Of a DNA stretch of 64,000 nucleotides, positions 18,604-27,666 are shown piece after piece (position 1 is the stretch's first letter; every line of letters starts with the position of its first letter). A program made the translations under genes and the position numbers. Source of the DNA: Arenicellales bacterium (GTDB taxonomy: Bacteria; Pseudomonadota; Gammaproteobacteria; Arenicellales; JAHEKD01); the NCBI GenBank assembly GCA_965215945.1, contig CBDCFC010000046.1, forward strand, positions 175,142-239,141. Reading direction: 5' to 3'. The notes beneath the pieces are model-generated. The model ran no database searches. It worked only from the letters and a program-made list of their open reading frames with translations, and was not told where the DNA came from.

Positions 18604-18813
18604 CCAGCGAAGTGGAAAATAATACCAAGTTTGTGCAACGTTGCAGGGAAGTCAGCAAGATAGCCTGCATTTCTCACCAGGATGTGAAAAGAGATTGGGC
18701 CAAAAACCAAGCAGGACACAGTGCCATGCTTGGGTGTTTGTATATCCATTGGCAATGCTTTGCTTCATATTACTTTTTCTCATCTGTCTTGTCGGCCTGG
18801 TGAGAAATACGGG

Positions 18814-19675
18814 CTAACCTTGAGAAGATTTGAAGTGTTTTGATTCACGGTATAAGTAAATCCCTACTGAAACGACTACAAATAATCCAATCAAAATTTG
18901 AATGAATAGTGAATAATCGATTCGATAACGGCCTGTATTGGGATTATATACAGTGCAGAATATTTTTACTTTTGCGATAAAGTCAGCAATCAGATGGTGC
19001 TCTGATGCTGGCCGGTTAAAAACCAGTTCCTTTAACGGTTCAAACTAACCAGGGCAATTCAAAGATTTCACCGTAAACCTGTTGGTAAATGCTGCCTTGT
19101 TGGTCGACTATGCTTATCTGGGTGATGTGATCGAATCCACGCGGCGAAGGGAAATAACTGAAACCTAGCTCACGGGTCAAAGTGTTGAGTGCCGATTCTG
19201 TGCCGCTTAAAAAATTCCAATTTTCAAGATTTATATTTTGCTGGCGGGCAAATACATGCATATTCTCTGGTGTGTCTCTTTGCGTGTCAAAGCCGATGGT
19301 CACAACATTAAAACTGTCATCACCTAATGCGTCAAGCGCTGCTGTTACAGCTAATTTTAGTTGTTTGGTTGTTACCGGACAGGTTAAATGGCAGGAAGTG
19401 AATACCAGGCTAATCAATAATGGTTTGCCCTGGTAGTCACTCAGCTTGACGCTTTGTCCGTCTTGATTGATAAAGTTTAAATCACTTAACTTGTTACCAA
19501 TAGCTGCCTGGGACAAATCAAGTGCTATTTTCGAGTCATATTCTTTGCTTGTTTGTGCCGTCAGTTCAGTCGGATTCACTAAAAAGCAGCTCAACATAAT
19601 ACCTGTTCCAAACAAGATATCGTGGCTGCCGAACAACGCTGAGTCCGTTACTAAATAAACAACATAACAGCTCAA
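18814..19675 (-). pseudogene. senC: SCO1/SenC-family copper chaperone with a C-terminal membrane-anchored extension now out of frame
   Basis: FTSCHLTCP (CxxxC) plus downstream His, thioredoxin-like fold. The annotated stop is at 19040. The +1 frame continues stop-free as FEPLKELVFNRP...KIFCTVYNPNTGRYRIDYSLF plus a TM helix, ending at TAG 18814-18816, and has no start codon of its own. Confidence 0.6.
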
Positions 19676-19718
19676 AACCTCTGGGGTATTTCATTGATTG
19701 CTGGCAGTCGATAGTTGT

Positions 19719-21432
19719 CTATGACATAGGCCAGACCGAGGCTAAGTATTTCCAGTTGACGGAAAAATATATAACGAATATCACCAGAAAAAACATGGCC
19801 AGAACGAAGGTGCCAGGTGCTGCAAAACCCCATTTTCCGGCAGCCGCATGATCAGCCGCAGAAACAGTAAGCGGATCTGCTTTCATTAGGCGCGTCGTGG
19901 CAGTGCCGTAATCAGATTGTGAGTCAACAGGTTTGCCAAAAAATACCGATACGACGGTAATCAGTACAAAAATAGCTCCACCCAGGATCGCAATGACACC
20001 GCTTACCCCGACCAGCCCCATTAGTGTGAATGCCGTGGCGGAATAATCAAAGCCTAATAATGAATCATTAAATGCCATGTCCCAGTGACGTCGCTCAACG
20101 CCCAGAGTACCGGCACCCATCATGACCAGGGTGAAGACCGCCATACCGCCACCAAATAAATAAGGGTTGCCATTTGGCCAAGCCGGGCAAAAATACTTGT
20201 CGCCGAAACAATACCGGTATCAGAAAATAAGTCAGCGACATGAATGCCAGTGTGGTGCCAAGAACAACGGTGGCATGAAAGTGACCCGGAACATAAATTG
20301 TATTATGAATAATGATGTTGATCTGTTCGGTGCCCATCACCACACCGGATATTCCGCCAATAAATCCGAATCCCACCAAAGAAATAAACATTCCTGAAAA
20401 AACCGGATTACCCCAGGGAGCCTTGCGCAGCCATTCGAATAACCCACGTTTAAAGCCTTTGGCTCTTTGCGCGACTTCAATCGACCCGGGTACAGTCAGA
20501 CCATGGATCATGCTTGCCAGAACGGCGAGATACATGGCATAGCTGGTGTTAAATATCTTCCAGGTTGAGCTGATGCCTGGATCGACTAATACGTGGTGAG
20601 CCGAGGCCAGTTGCAAAAAGAAAATATAGAGCAAAAAAGCCATACGACTGACTTTTTCGGATAATGGTCGCGCCCCAAACACAATCGCAGCAATGGCGTA
20701 CCAGACTGCAACATGCGCAGCGACGTTAATCTGCTGCGATGAATGGCCAAAGCCCCACCAGACCAAGCGGTACATAACTGCGTCAATGTGCCCGATCAGG
20801 CCTAATGACCACAACCAAGTGGGAACTAATATGATAGCACCGGCTGAAATTGTAAAAATAGCGATAATACAAGCGGTTAAAGCACCAAAAGTAACCAGTG
20901 GAATTGATCCTTCGTAAGTGTTTTCTTCCTTAGCAACGACTAGTGTGCCGAGAAATATAAAACAACCGATCAGCGCACCAACGGCAAAAAGAATAAGCCC
21001 CAAATAAAAATTTGGGTTGGCCGGCATCGGCACATAAGAGGTCATCATCACCGATGAATCGCCACCTAATACCGCAAAGTTGTTAACCGCAGCTCCAATC
21101 ACCATTAAGGCAAACGCCAACCAACCTAGGCGGGGCGTTGCTAGGCGGCAGCGAAGGAGTGTCGAGCAGCAAAAGTACAAAACCGCAATTTCAAAAAATA
21201 TAATCCAGTACACCAGCATATTAATGCCGTGAATCGTCAATAGTTGGTAAAAGCGATCTGCCGGCAGTAGATGAATGGCAGGCCAGCGTGTTAACGTGAC
21301 CAGTAATGCGGTAATACCGCCAATCAATAGCATTACCACTGCCATCACTGCATTGGCGCGCATTAACATTTCCGCAGGTTTATGAAATTGCAGACCTGAT
21401 TCCGGACAAGTTCGAAATTGTTCCTGTGTCAT
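19719..21432 (-). pseudogene. norS: Heme-copper oxidase-superfamily subunit I, B-family-like / sNOR-type (norS-like), split by a +1 frameshift
   Basis: Aligns along its length with ba3-type subunit I: TIHGINMLVYW, WWGFGHSSQQ (no Tyr), SAHHVLVDPG, HNTIYVPGHFHATV. ORFs 20095-21432 and 19719-20144 overlap. The frame changes near 20152-20166 (WQP | YLFGGGMAVF). Confidence 0.8.
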
Positions 21433-21980
21433 TGCCCTGCCTCCGTTACGTAAATCTTACCCACCATATTATGATGACCGATACCACAAAACTCATTGCA
21501 AATAATAGTCTGATCAATGTCTGTATCTGGGGTAATAGTTAAAACCATTTCATAGCCTGGCACGATTTGTGTGTTGATATTGACCGGTTGTAAAGAAAAA
21601 CCATGCTGCCAGTCCATGGATGAAATATGAAGCCGGTAGGTCTGGTCTTTCTCCAGTTCAAGCAGCGGCCACCATGACCATAATCGGGCAACCAGATATA
21701 CATCGCTGCCTGGAGGGGGATGGACGACCGGAATATTTTGCTCCGTTTCAGTACGAACGGTATATTGATCTACCATCGCCTTTGCTTTATCCATAAAGGC
21801 GGCCGGTGTAGTGCGATAGGCTTCGTTGGAGAGATTTTGTTTGCCATAGACATGCCATAGTGGCATCATAATAAACATAATCAATGACCAGGCCAGGGCA
21901 ATAAGTATCCAGGTAAACTCAACCCTGTCCAACGGTTGTTTCCACCAGACGGTTTCCGATGGTGGTTGGATTGTACTCAT
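21429..21980 (-). CDS. norY: Heme-copper oxidase subunit II with CuA site (norY-like)
   Basis: N-terminal TM helix. Cupredoxin domain with DWQHGF and CNEFCGIGHHNM (C-x-E-x-C-G-x2-H-x2-M CuA motif). 4-nt overlap with the subunit I start. Confidence 0.85.
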   Translation of the reverse strand: MSTIQPPSETVWWKQPLDRVEFTWILIALAWSLIMFIMMPLWHVYGKQNLSNEAYRTTPAAFMDKAKAMVDQYTVRTETEQNIPVVHPPPGSDVYLVARLWSWWPLLELEKDQTYRLHISSMDWQHGFSLQPVNINTQIVPGYEMVLTITPDTDIDQTIICNEFCGIGHHNMVGKIYVTEAGQ

Positions 21981-22001
21981 GAGTCCGACTCCTTTAGATA
22001 A

Positions 22002-22163
22002 TTATTGACTGATGGGGATGGTGATAATTTCCATGATTCCCCATACAATATAAAAGACGGTCGGCATCACAATGCCAATGAATAACAGCAAAAACGGATT
22101 GTCCAGAATTTTTTGCATTACCGGAATTCGTTCTTTTGGTGTATCGTTATCTTCCTGACTCAT
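22002..22163 (-). CDS. Small single-helix membrane protein at the head of the norY-norS operon (below the ORF-track cutoff)
   Basis: Hand translation gives MSQEDNDTPKERIPVMQKILDNPFLLLFIGIVMPTVFYIVWGIMEIITIPISQ* (53 aa). It lies 21 nt upstream of the subunit II start, downstream of an FNR box. Confidence 0.45.
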   Translation of the reverse strand: MSQEDNDTPKERIPVMQKILDNPFLLLFIGIVMPTVFYIVWGIMEIITIPISQ

Positions 22164-22244
22164 AGTTGCTCCTGGTGAGAATTAAACAAAATTTTTACGC
22201 AGCTACACGCAGATTAAGGCTAGCATATTAGACACCGGCGGGAA

Positions 22245-22258
22245 TTGATGTACATCAA
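22245..22258. promoter_or_regulatory. FNR/Dnr box (perfect TTGAT-N4-ATCAA)
   Basis: TTGATGTACATCAA, centred about 88 bp upstream of the small ORF that heads the norY/norS operon. Identical 14-mer to the nirS box. Confidence 0.8.
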
Positions 22259-22275
22259 GCTCGATGTACTATTGG

Positions 22276-22289
22276 TTGATTTATATCAA
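22276..22289. promoter_or_regulatory. Second FNR/Dnr box in the divergent intergenic region
   Basis: TTGATTTATATCAA, perfect half-sites, 31 bp centre-to-centre from the first box. It faces the + strand DUF1566-ctaA-sco-hemN-nnrS genes. Confidence 0.7.
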
Positions 22290-22423
22290 GTATTTGATGG
22301 GGCTTTAAAACTATAGTTTTGGGTTATATATTGGACCAATGATCTGAAGACTTATTAAGTGTTCTATCGTAAATTTCAGTTTCGAAATCCGTTAATGATG
22401 TTAAAAAAATTATTAATAACGCA

Positions 22424-23065
22424 ATGAAAACCAGCCATGTTGTTATGATTGTGATTTGTATCACTGGGTTACTTGGTTGTGATCAACAACCTTCATCTGC
22501 ACCTGATATTCATGATGCAAAATACCAGGCTATTGATGCGGATGGAGAACCGCTTGATGGCGAGGGGCATAATGGTGTTTGCGTGCTGGATCAGTTTACC
22601 GGTTTGATGTGGCAAGTAAAATCCGACACGCCCGGACTTAATGATTGGCGCAATACTTATAGCTGGTACAATCCTGAAGAGTCCAGTGGTCCCGAACTGG
22701 ATTATCGTGGCACGGCCAATGGTGGTGTGTGTCAGGGCAGTAAGTGTGACACCTGGGACTATGTCAAAGCTTTTAATAAAACAGGACTTTGCGGTTATAA
22801 AGACTGGCGGGTTCCTTCCCGGGATGCGTTGGCCTCAATTAGTGATATCAGAAAACTGCAGTCACCGCCGACAATAAATATAAAATATTTTCCTCATGCC
22901 CAGGCCGATGAATACTGGTCCAGTAATGATTATCAGTTTCAATGGGATTCCGCCTGGGTCTGGAATTACAAATACGGCCACGATCGGGTTGACTGGAAGG
23001 CTTCACCTAAATATTTACGTTTGGTTAGAGGAACAGCCTTGCAGCTAGAGCGTGTTAAAGATTAA
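22424..23065 (+). CDS. DUF1566 (Lcl C-terminal domain)-like lipoprotein
   Basis: Lipobox LLGC. WRVPSRDAL and YWSS..Y motifs typical of DUF1566. Confidence 0.6.
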   Translation: MKTSHVVMIVICITGLLGCDQQPSSAPDIHDAKYQAIDADGEPLDGEGHNGVCVLDQFTGLMWQVKSDTPGLNDWRNTYSWYNPEESSGPELDYRGTANGGVCQGSKCDTWDYVKAFNKTGLCGYKDWRVPSRDALASISDIRKLQSPPTINIKYFPHAQADEYWSSNDYQFQWDSAWVWNYKYGHDRVDWKASPKYLRLVRGTALQLERVKD

Positions 23066-23086
23066 ACATGACCACAACATTGCAAT

Positions 23087-24055
23087 ATGAAAACACTGAT
23101 TAATATATCGCTATTATTAGTTATCGTGCTGGTGTCATTAAGCGCCTATATCAGGTTGGCACATTCTGGTATCGGTTGTGCCGACTGGCCGGGGTGCTAT
23201 GGTCGAATCGGTGATGTAGTTGAGGTAATGCCTGATTCAGAGCAGGCCTATCAGGATATAGTTCAAAAGGCTAACCAGCCATTAGCCTGGGCCACACCTC
23301 TGCATCGGCTTGTGGCCAGTGTGTTGGGGTTGTTAATTATTTTTTTGGCGATTGCAGCTTTACGAACCAGGCGAGCGCGCATAATTAGCCTGAGTTTACT
23401 GGGGCTAACCGTTTATCTGTCGATTTTGGGAATCCGTTCTGGTAGTTTGTACGATCCTGTCATCATCATGGGCAATCTTGTCGGCGGCTTTTTGATGCTT
23501 GGTTTGCTGGCATGGCTAAGGTTCTCTTTTGCTAATCCAACTAATAACCCGGCCAAGTCTAGAGCGTCAAGTCTAAGCCGTTGGGCGCTAGTGGCATTGA
23601 TGGTGTTATCGTTACAAATTCTGCTTGGTGGGTTGACCAGCGCAAATTTCGCGGCTACAGCCTGCCAAACTATCCCGGATTGCCATGGCTCCTGGTTGCC
23701 AGATGAATATCTGGTTAAAGCATTTGATTTGTCAAGACGGCACCAGGTCAATGAATCCGGTGTAGTGATCGGTGGTGCTGAACGAATGGCGATTCATAAA
23801 TTACACCGTCTGGGTGCTATCGTATCCCTGTTATTGCTGCTGTTTGTAGGTATCACGGCCGTGCGTCATAGTTCAGCATTTGCTGTGGTTGGTTATACGG
23901 TTATTTTGTTAGTCAGTCTGGAGTTTGCCATCGGTGTGTTCGCAGTGACCAATGCCTTACCGATTGCACTGGCGGTATTACACAACTGGTTAGCGGCTTT
24001 GTTAGTAGTGGCTTTACTATGGCTGCTAAGTATCAGCACTGGTCGGGCAACTTGA
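23087..24055 (+). CDS. ctaA: Heme A synthase (CtaA/COX15 family)
   Basis: 8-TM protein. CADWPGCYG cysteine pair. TPLHRL and AIHKLHRLGA histidine helices. Confidence 0.8.
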   Translation: MKTLINISLLLVIVLVSLSAYIRLAHSGIGCADWPGCYGRIGDVVEVMPDSEQAYQDIVQKANQPLAWATPLHRLVASVLGLLIIFLAIAALRTRRARIISLSLLGLTVYLSILGIRSGSLYDPVIIMGNLVGGFLMLGLLAWLRFSFANPTNNPAKSRASSLSRWALVALMVLSLQILLGGLTSANFAATACQTIPDCHGSWLPDEYLVKAFDLSRRHQVNESGVVIGGAERMAIHKLHRLGAIVSLLLLLFVGITAVRHSSAFAVVGYTVILLVSLEFAIGVFAVTNALPIALAVLHNWLAALLVVALLWLLSISTGRAT

Positions 24056-24101
24056 TTGACGATTCACAACTAAAGATACATCGATTATAGTGTGGTAATG
24101 A

Positions 24102-24722
24102 ATGGTGACTAAAGTAAATCTGGCTTTAATTGGTTTGATCGTCCTGATGGTAGCAGTGTGGTTTACTATGAATCGTACAAATACAAAGACGATTATCCAA
24201 CAGGAAACCGGCTTTGTTTATTCTCCAGCAAAACAAATCGGTGATTTCAATCTCATAGATTTAAATAATACTGAAATTGACCAAAGTCGCTTTATTGGTA
24301 AATGGTGGCTGGTTTATTTCGGTTTTACGTTTTGTCCGGATGCCTGTCCGTTGGCGTTGGGCGATATGAAAAAAATAAAAAATGAACTGGATGAGTCAAG
24401 CAAACAAAACACCGGTTTTGTTTTTATTTCCGTCGATCCTGATCGTGACACACCACAGCGGTTAAAGGAGTATGTGCAGTATTTTGACCCCGAATTTTAT
24501 GCGGCGACGGGTGAACCTGATGAATTGGAGAAATTGGCGACAAGCATGGGTGTGGTTTTTGCTGTGCCTGAAAATCCTGCCGATGAAAATTATCTTGTCG
24601 GTCATTCCAGCTTTATGTTATTGCTAAACCCGGACACGGAATTAGCGGCTGTGTTTAAAGTGCCGCACAAACCTGATGTGATAGCCGAAGGGTTTATGAA
24701 AATACAGGAATTCACTAAATAA
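24102..24722 (+). CDS. SCO1/SenC-family copper chaperone (second paralog)
   Basis: N-terminal TM anchor. FGFTFCPDACP CxxxC motif. DPDRDTP and VGHSS conserved His region. Confidence 0.85.
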   Translation: MVTKVNLALIGLIVLMVAVWFTMNRTNTKTIIQQETGFVYSPAKQIGDFNLIDLNNTEIDQSRFIGKWWLVYFGFTFCPDACPLALGDMKKIKNELDESSKQNTGFVFISVDPDRDTPQRLKEYVQYFDPEFYAATGEPDELEKLATSMGVVFAVPENPADENYLVGHSSFMLLLNPDTELAAVFKVPHKPDVIAEGFMKIQEFTK

Positions 24723-24744
24723 AATAGTACGGTTATTTTATAAA

Positions 24745-26097
24745 GTGAACTTGATTCAAAAATATAATATTCCTGGCCCTCGATATACCTCTTATCCGAC
24801 GGTGCCATATTGGGATCAAGAAAAATTTTCCATTCCCTTGTGGCACAAAAACCTTGGTTGCTCACTCAGCCAAGTTAACAACGAGCAGGGTATCAGTTTA
24901 TATATTCATTTACCGTTTTGTGAATCACTCTGTACGTTTTGTGCCTGTAACAAACACATTACCCGCAATCACGATGTTGAAACGCAATATATTGGCTATT
25001 TGCTGAAGGAATGGCAGCAGATTAGATCACGAATGCCACGGCCACCTGTCATCAAGGAACTTCATCTAGGCGGTGGCACGCCGACATTTTTTAGCCCACA
25101 TAATATTAAACATCTTATTAAAGAGATCACGACATCCGCTGTAGTACCTGAGCAACATGAATACAGCGTTGAAGGTCACCCTAATAACACCACACGGGAT
25201 CATCTGGAAGTATTGTTTGAATTAGGTTTTGACAGAGTGAGTTTTGGTGTGCAGGACTATGCCGCCCAAGTGCAACGGGCGATTAATCGGATTCAACCCT
25301 TCGAGCGGGTGCGGCAGGTGACTAATATGGCCCGTGAAATTGGATTCGCTTCAGTCACACATGATCTGATTTTCGGCTTACCCTTTCAAACTCTACTCAG
25401 TATGGAAGATACCATTAACAAAACGCTGAATCTGAGGCCAGACAGGATTGCGTTTTACAGTTATGCCCATGTCCCCTGGGTCAAGGGCAGCGGACAGAGG
25501 GCCTACAAAGAAAGCGATTTACCAAGCGAGCATAACAAGAGAAAGCTCTATGAAAGCGGCAAACAAAAGTTGCAAGACGCCGGCTATTTGGAGATCGGAA
25601 TGGATCATTTTGCTTTGCCCGAAGATCGTCTTTACAAGGCTCAGCAGGAACATCGGTTGCACAGAAATTTTATGGGTTATAGCGAAAGCCGCACTGATGT
25701 TTTAATTGGTCTGGGACTATCTGCCATTAGTGATTGCTGGACTGCATTCGCACAGAATGAAAAGACTGTTCGTGAATACTATGCCAAGCTGGACAGGGAT
25801 AATTCGCCGATACTGCGTGGACACTTGCTCACTGCAGAGGATGTAGTAATCCGTCAACATATTCTCAACCTGATGTGCAGTTTTGAAACTCGCTGGCAAG
25901 TGCAAGATGAGCATTGCCGGGGTGAAATTTTGCAGAATTTGAAGGAATTTGAAAAAGACCAGCTGGTAGGGCTTAAACCCGAAGGTGTAAATGTAACCGA
26001 TAAGGGCAGAACATTTATCCGCAATATTTGTATGGCATTTGATTTGCACATGTTTCACGATAAATCCAGTTATCAGTTATTTTCAATGACAGTATGA
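24745..26097 (+). CDS. hemN: Oxygen-independent coproporphyrinogen III oxidase (radical SAM)
   Basis: YNIPGPRYTSYPT N-terminus. HLPFCESLCTFCAC (CxxxCxxC). GGGTPTF. 450 aa. Confidence 0.9.
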   Translation: MNLIQKYNIPGPRYTSYPTVPYWDQEKFSIPLWHKNLGCSLSQVNNEQGISLYIHLPFCESLCTFCACNKHITRNHDVETQYIGYLLKEWQQIRSRMPRPPVIKELHLGGGTPTFFSPHNIKHLIKEITTSAVVPEQHEYSVEGHPNNTTRDHLEVLFELGFDRVSFGVQDYAAQVQRAINRIQPFERVRQVTNMAREIGFASVTHDLIFGLPFQTLLSMEDTINKTLNLRPDRIAFYSYAHVPWVKGSGQRAYKESDLPSEHNKRKLYESGKQKLQDAGYLEIGMDHFALPEDRLYKAQQEHRLHRNFMGYSESRTDVLIGLGLSAISDCWTAFAQNEKTVREYYAKLDRDNSPILRGHLLTAEDVVIRQHILNLMCSFETRWQVQDEHCRGEILQNLKEFEKDQLVGLKPEGVNVTDKGRTFIRNICMAFDLHMFHDKSSYQLFSMTV

Positions 26098-26110
26098 GGC
26101 TTTGCTGATC

Positions 26111-27298
26111 ATGAACTCATCCAATTCAAACGATATGGCTTTATGGCAGTCTGGATTCCGTCCGTTCTTCTTAGGGGCAGGCTGTTGGGCGGTGATCTCC
26201 ATGTTCATATGGTTTGGCCTGTTGCAGTTAAACTGGCAATTTGGTTTAAATAATCTTTCGCCCGTAATCTGGCATGCTCACGAGATGGTGTTCGGTTATG
26301 CTGTCGCTGTCGTGGCTGGTTTTCTCCTTACTGCGGTACCGACGTGGACCAATTGCCGGGCGTTTAGTGGTTTTAGACTGATTGGTGTATTCTCCTTCTG
26401 GCTTTTAGCCCGGATTACAGGTTTAATGGGTGAGGGTTCGATGTTACCTGTAACGGCCTGTCTCGACATATTATTTATTCTGGGCTTATTCGTGCTAATT
26501 AGCTGGCCGATAATCAAATCCAGACAGTATCGCCAATTCGGGATTTTGACCAAAGTATTGTTGCTAGGGGCATCAAATATCAGCTTTTACCTGGGGACGG
26601 GGGGTGTATTTGAAAATGGTATACATTATGGCTTGTATACAGGATTTTACTTAATCATTGCCCTGATTCTTACAATCGGTGGTAGGGTCATACCATTTTT
26701 TATCCAAAGGGGTTTAAATTTGGAAAAACCACTTCAAAACCGAATCTGGGTGAATATTGCCAGTCTTGTGTTGTTTTTATTATTCTGGATTCCGGAGGTA
26801 TTTTTTTCTGTTCCTCAATTAACGGCGCTAGTCGCATTGCTTTTGCTGATCGTACATAGCATCAGACTTTTTGATTGGTATGAAACGCGTATTTGGAAAA
26901 AACCGCTTCTGTGGGTGTTATATATATCTTATTCATTCATTGTTTTAGGTTTTGGACTAAAAGCCGGGCTATTGGTTAAGCTATCAGTGTCTTCTCAACT
27001 TGTTTTGCATATGTTTGCGATCGGCGGAGTAGGTTTGATGACCTGCGGAATGATGTCACGAGTTTCACTGGGCCATAGCGGCAGAAATATCCATAAAATA
27101 AGCATTCCTATTGTGCTGGCTTTTATCGCTATTGCATCTGCGGCAGTTGTTCGGGTGTTTTTTCCATTATTCGATTCTCAGCATTATCCACTGTGGATCT
27201 CTGTATCACAGGGACTATGGATTACAGGTTTTTGCTCCTTTTTGCTTGTATTCTTTCCCATATTAACAACTTCGCGGATAGACGGTCGTTCCGGTTAA
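26111..27298 (+). CDS. nnrS: NnrS-family heme/copper membrane protein
   Basis: LWQSGFRPFFL and WHAHEMVFGY motifs, about 12 TM helices. ATG at 26111 inside ORF 26102-27298. Confidence 0.85.
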   Translation: MNSSNSNDMALWQSGFRPFFLGAGCWAVISMFIWFGLLQLNWQFGLNNLSPVIWHAHEMVFGYAVAVVAGFLLTAVPTWTNCRAFSGFRLIGVFSFWLLARITGLMGEGSMLPVTACLDILFILGLFVLISWPIIKSRQYRQFGILTKVLLLGASNISFYLGTGGVFENGIHYGLYTGFYLIIALILTIGGRVIPFFIQRGLNLEKPLQNRIWVNIASLVLFLLFWIPEVFFSVPQLTALVALLLLIVHSIRLFDWYETRIWKKPLLWVLYISYSFIVLGFGLKAGLLVKLSVSSQLVLHMFAIGGVGLMTCGMMSRVSLGHSGRNIHKISIPIVLAFIAIASAAVVRVFFPLFDSQHYPLWISVSQGLWITGFCSFLLVFFPILTTSRIDGRSG

Positions 27299-27323
27299 CT
27301 CGCATCTCTATCGGCAGTTTTGT

Positions 27324-27659
27324 ATGTTTAAAGTCATTATAAGTTTGTTCATGCTGGTGATTGTTTTTATGCCTCAGAAACTTGTTGTCCATGCCGCTGA
27401 TTCAGATTCTATTGTTAATGAACGCATTCCCGTCACGGCCAAGCAACTTGAGTTGCATTGGAAAGTTGACTGTGAACTTACCTTGAGTGAGACATTGACT
27501 TATTTGCAAAATGCAAATTATCATCGCCAGACTGAGCAAAAACTGTCGGCGAATTTGAAAAAATGCGAACATATCTATAATACAGTTGATTCTGTTCATT
27601 ATAAGCCACTGCCAGACTATCGATCGCTATCGGGAAAACTCAGCAATCTTCATGAATGA
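27324..27659 (+). CDS. Small secreted hypothetical protein
   Basis: Signal peptide MFKVIISLFMLVIVFMPQKLVVHA. No recognisable motif. Confidence 0.4.
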   Translation: MFKVIISLFMLVIVFMPQKLVVHAADSDSIVNERIPVTAKQLELHWKVDCELTLSETLTYLQNANYHRQTEQKLSANLKKCEHIYNTVDSVHYKPLPDYRSLSGKLSNLHE

Positions 27660-27666
27660 AGTTTGC

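Noticed and set aside
18652-18654. Selenocysteine codon in a Cys-rich context
   Set aside because: No convincing bSECIS-type hairpin with an apical loop follows the TGA, only a short palindrome. The same operon carries three frameshifts, so a nonsense lesion or simply non-coding DNA is more parsimonious. It is kept only as a low-interest note.
18612-18803. 63-codon plus-strand ORF in the senC / cyt b-like spacer
   Set aside because: It is antisense to the frame that continues the cyt b-like gene upstream, with no RBS and no recognisable product.
19040-20170. Programmed +1 ribosomal frameshifting in norS and senC
   Set aside because: The sites share no slippery motif plus rare or stop codon arrangement typical of programmed +1 shifts. 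A third shift in the next gene has yet another context. Mutation or sequencing error explains all three.
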